This document shows positions 15,773 through 21,824 of a stretch of 21,824 bases of DNA, in pieces. Source of the DNA: Gemmatimonadaceae bacterium (GTDB lineage: Bacteria > Gemmatimonadota > Gemmatimonadetes > Gemmatimonadales > Gemmatimonadaceae); the NCBI GenBank assembly GCA_044224875.1, contig JBGAJQ010000083.1, positions 1-21,824 of the forward strand, written 5' to 3'. Every line of letters starts with the position of its first letter. The stretch's first letter is position 1. Position numbers and translations under genes: made by a program. The notes under the pieces are model-generated. The model searched no databases, was not told the origin of the DNA, and worked only from the letters and a program-made list of their open reading frames with translations.

Positions 15773-18700
15773 ATGCCCCGTCGCTCAGACCTGCACCGCA
15801 TTCTCGTGATCGGATCCGGGCCCATCGTCATCGGGCAGGCCGCGGAATTCGATTACTCGGGGACGCAAGCCGCGCGTGCGCTCAGGGAAGAAGGATACGA
15901 GGTGATTCTCATCAACTCGAATCCGGCGACCATCATGACGGACCCGGAGGTCGCTCACCGCACGTATGTCGAGCCGGTGACGGCGGAGTACGCCGAGTTG
16001 GTGATCGCGCGCGAGCGCCCCGATGCGCTGTTGCCGACGATGGGTGGCCAGACGGCACTGAACGTGGCGATGCAGCTGTCGGCTAGTGGCGTCCTGGACA
16101 AGTACGGTGTGGAGCTCATCGGCGCCAAGGCGCGCGCGATCAAGCTGGCCGAAGACCGCCAGGAGTTTGCCGAGGCAATGCATCGCATCGGGCTTCAGGT
16201 GCCGCAGGGCCGCATTGCGCATACCTGGGAGGAAGCGCAGGAGATTGCCGAGTTCACGGGATATCCCGCGATCATTCGACCGTCGTTTACCCTCGGAGGT
16301 TCGGGGGGTGGGGTGGCGTACAACCGGGAGGAGTTCGAGGACATTGTCCGCCGGGGACTCGCGGCGTCGCCGACGTCGCAGGTGCTCATCGAGCGCTCGT
16401 TGCTGGGGTGGAAGGAGTTTGAGCTGGAAGTGATGCGAGACTACGCGGACAACGTGGTGATCGTCTGTTCGATCGAGAACCTGGATCCGATGGGTGTCCA
16501 CACGGGTGATTCGATCACGGTCGCCCCGGCCATGACGCTCACAGACCGCGAATACCAGGTCATGCGCGACGCGGCGTGCGCGGTGATCCGCGAGATCGGC
16601 GTGGAAGCTGGCGGCTGCAACATCCAGTTCGCCATTTCGCCGACAACGGGCGAAATGGTCGTCATCGAGATGAACCCGCGCGTCTCCCGCTCCTCGGCCC
16701 TGGCGTCCAAGGCCACCGGGTTCCCCATCGCCCGTATTGGGGCGAAGCTGGCGGTCGGGTATCGCCTGGACGAGATACCGAATGACATCACGCGCACGAC
16801 GCCGGCGTCCTTCGAGCCCGTGTTGGACTACGTGGTAGTGAAGTGTCCGCGGTTCGCGTTCGAGAAGTTTGCGAAGGCCAGTCCCGTACTCACCACGCAG
16901 ATGAAGTCGGTGGGCGAGTCGATGGCCATTGGCCGGACGTTCAAGGAGGCGTTCCAGAAGGGGCTTCGTGCCCTCGAGAACGGTCGCACCGGCTGGAGCC
17001 AGGCATCGCGACCGGCCGACGATCGGCTCCCCGACGACGCGATCGAGTCGCTCCGCGGCGCGATCTCCACGCCTACGCCCGAGCGTGTGTATCAGCTCAA
17101 ACACGCATTCCTTGCCGGGATGTCCGTGGACCAGATCTACGAGCTGACGGCGATCGACCGGTGGTTCCTGAGCCAGATGCAGGAGCTCGTCGACGCGGAG
17201 CGGCGGTATGCCGCGCTGGCATCGGTGGGTCCCGACGACGTGCGGGACATGAAGCGCATGGGCTTCAGTGATCGTCAGCTCGCGGACTTACGGGGTGAGC
17301 CGGAACAGCAGGCCCGCGACCGACGGTGGGCCTATGGCCTGCGCCCCGTTTACAAGATGGTGGACACGTGCGCCGGCGAGTTTCCGTCGTCCACGCCTTA
17401 CCTCTACAGCTCCTACGACGACGAAAGCGAGGCGCCGCGCACGGGAAAGCGCTCCGTCGTGATTCTGGGCAGCGGCCCAAACCGCATTGGGCAGGGCGTC
17501 GAGTTCGACTACATGTGTGTGCGGGCGGTCATGGCCCTGCGGGCACAGGGATACGAGACGATCATGATCAACTCGAATCCCGAGACGGTGTCCACGGACT
17601 ATGACACGTCGGACAAACTGTACTTCGAACCGCTGACGCTCGAGGACGTGCTGGAGGTCGTGCACCGCGAGCAACCGTTAGGCGTGATCGTCCAGCTTGG
17701 CGGCCAGACGCCGCTGAAGCTGACGCGAGGGCTCGAGGCCGCAGGTGTGCACGTGCTCGGCACATCTCCCGAGTCGATCGACATCGCCGAAGACCGCAAG
17801 CGGTTCGAGGTCATTGCGCGAGAGCTTGGCATTCGGCAGCCGGAGAACGGGACCGCTACCAGCGTGGACGAAGCGGTGGATGTCGCGACGCGCATCGGAT
17901 ATCCCGTCCTCGTCCGCCCCTCGTACGTGCTCGGTGGCCGCGCGATGCAAATCGTCTTTGACGAGACGTCGCTCCGCGATTACTTCGAAACCGCGGCCCG
18001 CGTCAGCGAAGAGCGGCCGGTTCTCATCGATCGGTTCCTTGAGGATGCCTTCGAGGCCGATGTGGACGCCGTCTGTGACGGCGAGCGGGTGGTCATTGGC
18101 GGCGTTATGCAGCACATCGAGGATGCCGGCATCCACTCCGGCGACTCGGCCTGCGTCCTCCCGCCATACCTGATCGGCGAGACGGACATCGAGATGATGA
18201 AGCAGCACACGATCGCGTTGGCACGTGCGTTAGGTGTTGTGGGGTTGATCAACGTGCAGTACGCCGTGAAGCATGGCGTGGTGTACGTGCTCGAGGTGAA
18301 CCCACGCGGCAGTCGCACGATTCCCTTCGTCTCCAAGGCGATCGGCGTGCCCTTGGCGTCGGTGGCCGCGCGCGTGATGCTTGGCGAATCCCTCGAATCT
18401 GTGGGCTTCACCCATGAAATCGTGCCGCCGTTCGTGTCCGTGAAAGAGGCAGTCTTTCCGTTCACGAAGTTCCGTGAGTTCGATCCCTTGCTCGGACCCG
18501 AAATGCGCTCGACCGGTGAGGTGATGGGCATCTCCGATTCGTTTGGCAGTGCCTTCGCCAAAGCGCAGCTGTCGGCAGATAATGCGCTTCCGTTGAGCGG
18601 AGCCATCTTCATCACGGTCAATGACACAGACAAGCCGACCGTTACACCGATCGCGCGGCGATTCTACGAACTCGGGTTTCACCTGTACGCCACCGACGGA

Positions 18701-19129
18701 ACCGCACGCTACCTCAGCCGGCGAGGCATTCCCACACGGTCCGTTCGCAAGATTCACGAGGGTCGGCCCAATGGGTTGGACCTGCTGAAGAACGGCGAGA
18801 TCCAGTTGCTGATCAACACGCCGCTGGGCAAGCACGCGCAATACGACGACTATCAGCTGCGGCAGGCCGCGATCGCCATGCGTATCTCGTACACCACCAC
18901 CATGTCGGCGGCGAGCGCCGCTGGCGACGCGATCTTGTCGTTGCGCTCGCGCACGGCCTCCGTTCGCTCGCTTCAGGAGTGGCACGAGATCGTTCGAGAA
19001 GAGGAACGGGCTGAGGAGCAGATGTCGTCGACGATGAGCCCGGACCGACCAATGCCGGCACGCACCGCGTCGGAGGGCGCAGGCACCGATTCGCCGCGCG
19101 CGCGGCCGTCGGCGGAGTTGAGACCGTGA
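15773..19129 (+). CDS. carB: Carbamoyl-phosphate synthase large subunit
   Basis: [30 protein letters not shown], two ATP-grasp halves ([29 protein letters not shown]), [16 protein letters not shown]-terminal MGS-like domain. Confidence 0.98.
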   Translation: MPRRSDLHRILVIGSGPIVIGQAAEFDYSGTQAARALREEGYEVILINSNPATIMTDPEVAHRTYVEPVTAEYAELVIARERPDALLPTMGGQTALNVAMQLSASGVLDKYGVELIGAKARAIKLAEDRQEFAEAMHRIGLQVPQGRIAHTWEEAQEIAEFTGYPAIIRPSFTLGGSGGGVAYNREEFEDIVRRGLAASPTSQVLIERSLLGWKEFELEVMRDYADNVVIVCSIENLDPMGVHTGDSITVAPAMTLTDREYQVMRDAACAVIREIGVEAGGCNIQFAISPTTGEMVVIEMNPRVSRSSALASKATGFPIARIGAKLAVGYRLDEIPNDITRTTPASFEPVLDYVVVKCPRFAFEKFAKASPVLTTQMKSVGESMAIGRTFKEAFQKGLRALENGRTGWSQASRPADDRLPDDAIESLRGAISTPTPERVYQLKHAFLAGMSVDQIYELTAIDRWFLSQMQELVDAERRYAALASVGPDDVRDMKRMGFSDRQLADLRGEPEQQARDRRWAYGLRPVYKMVDTCAGEFPSSTPYLYSSYDDESEAPRTGKRSVVILGSGPNRIGQGVEFDYMCVRAVMALRAQGYETIMINSNPETVSTDYDTSDKLYFEPLTLEDVLEVVHREQPLGVIVQLGGQTPLKLTRGLEAAGVHVLGTSPESIDIAEDRKRFEVIARELGIRQPENGTATSVDEAVDVATRIGYPVLVRPSYVLGGRAMQIVFDETSLRDYFETAARVSEERPVLIDRFLEDAFEADVDAVCDGERVVIGGVMQHIEDAGIHSGDSACVLPPYLIGETDIEMMKQHTIALARALGVVGLINVQYAVKHGVVYVLEVNPRGSRTIPFVSKAIGVPLASVAARVMLGESLESVGFTHEIVPPFVSVKEAVFPFTKFREFDPLLGPEMRSTGEVMGISDSFGSAFAKAQLSADNALPLSGAIFITVNDTDKPTVTPIARRFYELGFHLYATDGTARYLSRRGIPTRSVRKIHEGRPNGLDLLKNGEIQLLINTPLGKHAQYDDYQLRQAAIAMRISYTTTMSAASAAGDAILSLRSRTASVRSLQEWHEIVREEERAEEQMSSTMSPDRPMPARTASEGAGTDSPRARPSAELRP

Positions 19130-19728
19130 GCACGCTGCCGCCGCCGTTCATCCACGAGTCGTCTTACGTTGACGAAGGCGCCCAGATCGGCGCGGGGACA
19201 AAGGTCTGGCACTTTTGCCACGTCATGCCCGGCGCCGTGATTGGGGAGCGCTGCAACCTGGGGCAGAACGTGGTGGTCATGCCCGGTACGCGGCTGGGCA
19301 ACAACGTGAAGGTTCAGAACAACGTGAGCATCTACGAAGGGGTGGAACTGGAAGACGATGTCTTCTGTGGCCCGTCCATGGTGTTCACCAATGTGATGAA
19401 CCCGCGCAGCCACGTGTCACGGAAGTCGGAGTATCAACGGACGCTCGTGCGTCGCGGCGCCAGCATCGGGGCCAATGCCACGGTGGTCTGTGGCACGACG
19501 CTTGGCGAGTATGCCTTCGTTGGTGCTGGCGCCGTCGTCACCCGCGATGTGCCGGCCTACGCATTGGTCGTCGGTGTCCCGGCCACCCAAATTGGCTGGA
19601 TGTGTTCCTGCGGTGAGCGCTTGCCGGAACCGGAGGTGCCCTACGGCGAGACGTCATGCGCTGCGTGTGGGAGATCGTACCGGATGGATCATGGCCGGCT
19701 CCTTCCAGAACAGGACGGAACCACATGA
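19126..19728 (+). CDS. wbpD: Hexapeptide-repeat N-acetyltransferase, WbpD/WlbB-like
   Basis: [48 protein letters not shown]...CAACG. GTGA overlap with carB. Confidence 0.85.
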   Translation: MSTLPPPFIHESSYVDEGAQIGAGTKVWHFCHVMPGAVIGERCNLGQNVVVMPGTRLGNNVKVQNNVSIYEGVELEDDVFCGPSMVFTNVMNPRSHVSRKSEYQRTLVRRGASIGANATVVCGTTLGEYAFVGAGAVVTRDVPAYALVVGVPATQIGWMCSCGERLPEPEVPYGETSCAACGRSYRMDHGRLLPEQDGTT

Positions 19729-20765
19729 GTGCCAACTTCCGGCTGGCGCTGGTGGGCTGTGGGCGAATCAGCCGCAACCATTTCGACGCCATCGCCGCGA
19801 TCGACGGTTTGGTGCTGTCCGGCGTGTGCGACAGCGTGGAGGAACGCGCCCGCAGCGCGGGATCGGCCCACGGGGTCCCGTGGTTCACCGCGTACGAGCG
19901 GATGTTGGATGCGGTCGAATGTGACGTGGTCGCGATCTGCACGCCGTCGGGGCTGCATCCGGCGCATGGCATTCTCGCCGCGAAGGCGGGGAAGCACGTC
20001 GTCTGCGAAAAGCCGATGGCCATCACGCTCTCTGCCGCCGACGACCTCGTGCATGCCTGCGATGCCGCGGGGGTGCACCTGTTCGTGGTGAAGCAGAATC
20101 GCTTGAATCCACCGGTGCAGCTGGTGAAGCGGGCGATCGACAAGGGTCGGTTCGGCCGCATTTACATGGCCAACACCACCGTGCGCTGGACGCGGCCGCA
20201 GGAGTACTATGACCAAGCCCCTTGGCGTGGGACATGGGAGTACGATGGCGGCGCGTTCATGAATCAGGCATCGCACTACGTCGACCTGATTCAGTGGCTC
20301 GTTGGGCCTGTCGAGAGCGTGATGGCCAAGACCGCGACCTTGGCGCGACGGATCGAGACCGAGGACACCGGCATTGCCGTCCTGAAGTTCCGCTCTGGCG
20401 CGCTGGGTGTCATCGAAGTGACGATGCTGACGTATCCCAGAAACCTCGAGGGATCGCTCACGATTCTCGGGGAGAGGGGCACGGTGAAAATCGGCGGGAC
20501 GGCGGTTAATCGCGTGGAACACTGGGCGTTTGCCGACTACGACGACGACGACAAGCTCGTCGACGCCACGGCCACGAATCCGCCTAACGTATACGGGTTC
20601 GGGCACGAAGCGTACTATCGCAATGTCCTGGCGGTGCTACGCGGCGAGGCCCGGCCGGACACCGACGGACGCGCCGGGCGAAAGTCGCTCGAGCTGATTC
20701 TCGGCGCGTATGAGTCGGCGAAGACCGGGGCCGAGGTGCCCCTGCCGTTGGTCGTCGCTCGCTAG
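19725..20765 (+). CDS. wbpB: Gfo/Idh/MocA oxidoreductase, WbpB/WlbA-like UDP-GlcNAcA 3-dehydrogenase
   Basis: [58 protein letters not shown] 19725 overlaps the previous stop (ATGA). Confidence 0.85.
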   Translation: MSANFRLALVGCGRISRNHFDAIAAIDGLVLSGVCDSVEERARSAGSAHGVPWFTAYERMLDAVECDVVAICTPSGLHPAHGILAAKAGKHVVCEKPMAITLSAADDLVHACDAAGVHLFVVKQNRLNPPVQLVKRAIDKGRFGRIYMANTTVRWTRPQEYYDQAPWRGTWEYDGGAFMNQASHYVDLIQWLVGPVESVMAKTATLARRIETEDTGIAVLKFRSGALGVIEVTMLTYPRNLEGSLTILGERGTVKIGGTAVNRVEHWAFADYDDDDKLVDATATNPPNVYGFGHEAYYRNVLAVLRGEARPDTDGRAGRKSLELILGAYESAKTGAEVPLPLVVAR

Positions 20766-20930
20766 TTACGCCAGAGGTCGGAACACGACGGAGTCAAACC
20801 GCGCCGGTCACAGCGTTAGGCGGCCGCCGCTGGTGTGGTAGCGCCCCGTGCGTTGACGCGCTGGTATCCACCTTGTGAAGTTTCGGGGCCGTCACGACGG
20901 CCGAACGACTCATTCTTCCGGTTTTCACCA

Positions 20931-21824
20931 ATGCCTGTTCCTCTCCTCGACCTCAAGGCCCAGTACGCGACGATTCGCGACGAGATCATCCCTGCAATCA
21001 TGAAGGTGGTCGACGACCAGCTGTTCATCCTCGGTGAACCGGTCGAGCGGCTCGAACGCGAAGTGGCGCAGTTGTCACATGCCAGGCATGCGATCGGGTG
21101 CGCCAACGGTACCGACGCCCTGCTGCTCGCATTCCGCGCCTTGGACATTGGGCGCGGAGACGAGGTCATCACCACGCCGTTCACCTTCTTCGCAACCGCC
21201 GGGACGATCCACAACGTGGGCGCCACACCGGTCTTCGTGGATATTGACCCCGTCTCGTTCAACATCCGCCCAGAAGCTGTTCAGGCCGCTGTTACATCGC
21301 GAACCAAGGCCATCGTCCCCGTCGACCTCTTCGGGCAAATGGCTGAAATCGAACGAATCGCCCTGCTCAACCCGGGCATCCCGATCGTGGAAGACGCGGC
21401 GCAGTCCATTGGCGCCAGCCGGATGATCGATGGCGAGCGACGCATGGCGGGCGAGTTGCCGACGATCGGCACCTACTCGTTTTTCCCGTCAAAGAATCTC
21501 GGCGGATATGGGGACGGCGGGATGATCGTGACTCAAAACGACCAGCTCGCGACGCGACTCAAACGCCTACGCGTTCACGGGGGAGCCAAGCAGTATTTCC
21601 ACGACGAGGTGGGTTACAACTCCCGCCTTGACTCGCTGCAGGCTGCCGTGCTTGTCGCGAAGCTCCCACACCTGGCTCATTGGAGCGCCGGCCGTCGGGC
21701 GAATGCGGCGTACTATACGGCCGGGCTTTCGGATCTCGCCGAGGTGCAAACGCCCGTCGTAGACCCCGTCAATGAGTCGATTTTCAACCAGTACACAATC
21801 CGGGTCGAACGTCGAGACGAGCTG
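20931..21824 (+). CDS. wbpE: DegT/DnrJ/EryC1/StrS PLP aminotransferase, WbpE/WlbC-like (3'-truncated; not in the ORF track)
   Basis: Open for 298 codons to the window end: MPVPLLDLKAQY, NGTDAL, TTPFTFFATA, VEDAAQSIGA, SFFPSKNLGGYGDGG (PLP Lys), GYNSRLDSLQAAVL. Symbol rests on adjacency to wbpB/wbpD-like genes. Confidence 0.85.
   Translation, partial: MPVPLLDLKAQYATIRDEIIPAIMKVVDDQLFILGEPVERLEREVAQLSHARHAIGCANGTDALLLAFRALDIGRGDEVITTPFTFFATAGTIHNVGATPVFVDIDPVSFNIRPEAVQAAVTSRTKAIVPVDLFGQMAEIERIALLNPGIPIVEDAAQSIGASRMIDGERRMAGELPTIGTYSFFPSKNLGGYGDGGMIVTQNDQLATRLKRLRVHGGAKQYFHDEVGYNSRLDSLQAAVLVAKLPHLAHWSAGRRANAAYYTAGLSDLAEVQTPVVDPVNESIFNQYTIRVERRDEL

Noticed and set aside
15785..17104. 439-aa minus-strand ORF, plus other long antisense ORFs (1792-2895, 9685-10578, 18230-18985, 19689-20606)
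   Set aside because: They shadow well-conserved + strand genes, show no motifs, and are expected from GC-rich codon bias.
18990..19129. C-terminal ~45-aa tail on CarB as an extra domain
   Set aside because: Low-complexity and probably disordered; most simply a stop-codon drift up to the wbpD start.
20535..20555. GAC tandem run encoding DYDDDDK, resembling a FLAG tag or enterokinase site
   Set aside because: Internal and in frame in a natural dehydrogenase, lacks the FLAG Lys (DYKDDDDK), and no vector sequence is present.
20835..20846. ops/JUMPstart-like GTGGTAGCG upstream of the wbpE-like gene
   Set aside because: Only a partial match to GGCGGTAG, and it lies upstream of the only -35-like TTGACG, whose -10 is poor.

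Overview
GC-rich bacterial chromosomal window made almost entirely of + strand core genes. Gene content and protein style suggest Gemmatimonadota, which is my inference and not a database result. Order: 3' end of a hypothetical gene, PHP phosphoesterase, FolM/PTR-like SDR, trxB, MBL hydrolase, DUF4149-like membrane protein, unknown lipoprotein, aspA-type lyase, 3-Cys Rrf2 regulator, hypothetical protein, tRNA-Leu(CAG) on the - strand, smpB-amidase-pyrD-pyrF, a stand-alone alpha operon (rpmJ-rpsM-rpsK-rpsD-rpoA-rplQ) extended by rpmB with its own promoter and terminator, then gmd-carB-wbpD-wbpB and a truncated wbpE-like gene. No mobile element, CRISPR array or defence system is visible. rpoA and the 5' end of rplQ carry about a dozen indels in ~950 bp, most likely a sequencing or assembly error patch. 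The best candidate for something undescribed is a ~150-nt multi-stem RNA between rpsD and rpoA, with two C(UNCG)G tetraloops and two neighbouring hairpins whose 7-nt loops are exact reverse complements (possible kissing-loop pseudoknot). Other leads: carB coupled into a surface-polysaccharide cluster, a SigR/SigH-like promoter motif before trxB, a repeat/switch element before the Rrf2 gene, and an SD-sequestering hairpin before gmd. All RNA structures were folded by eye, not computed.
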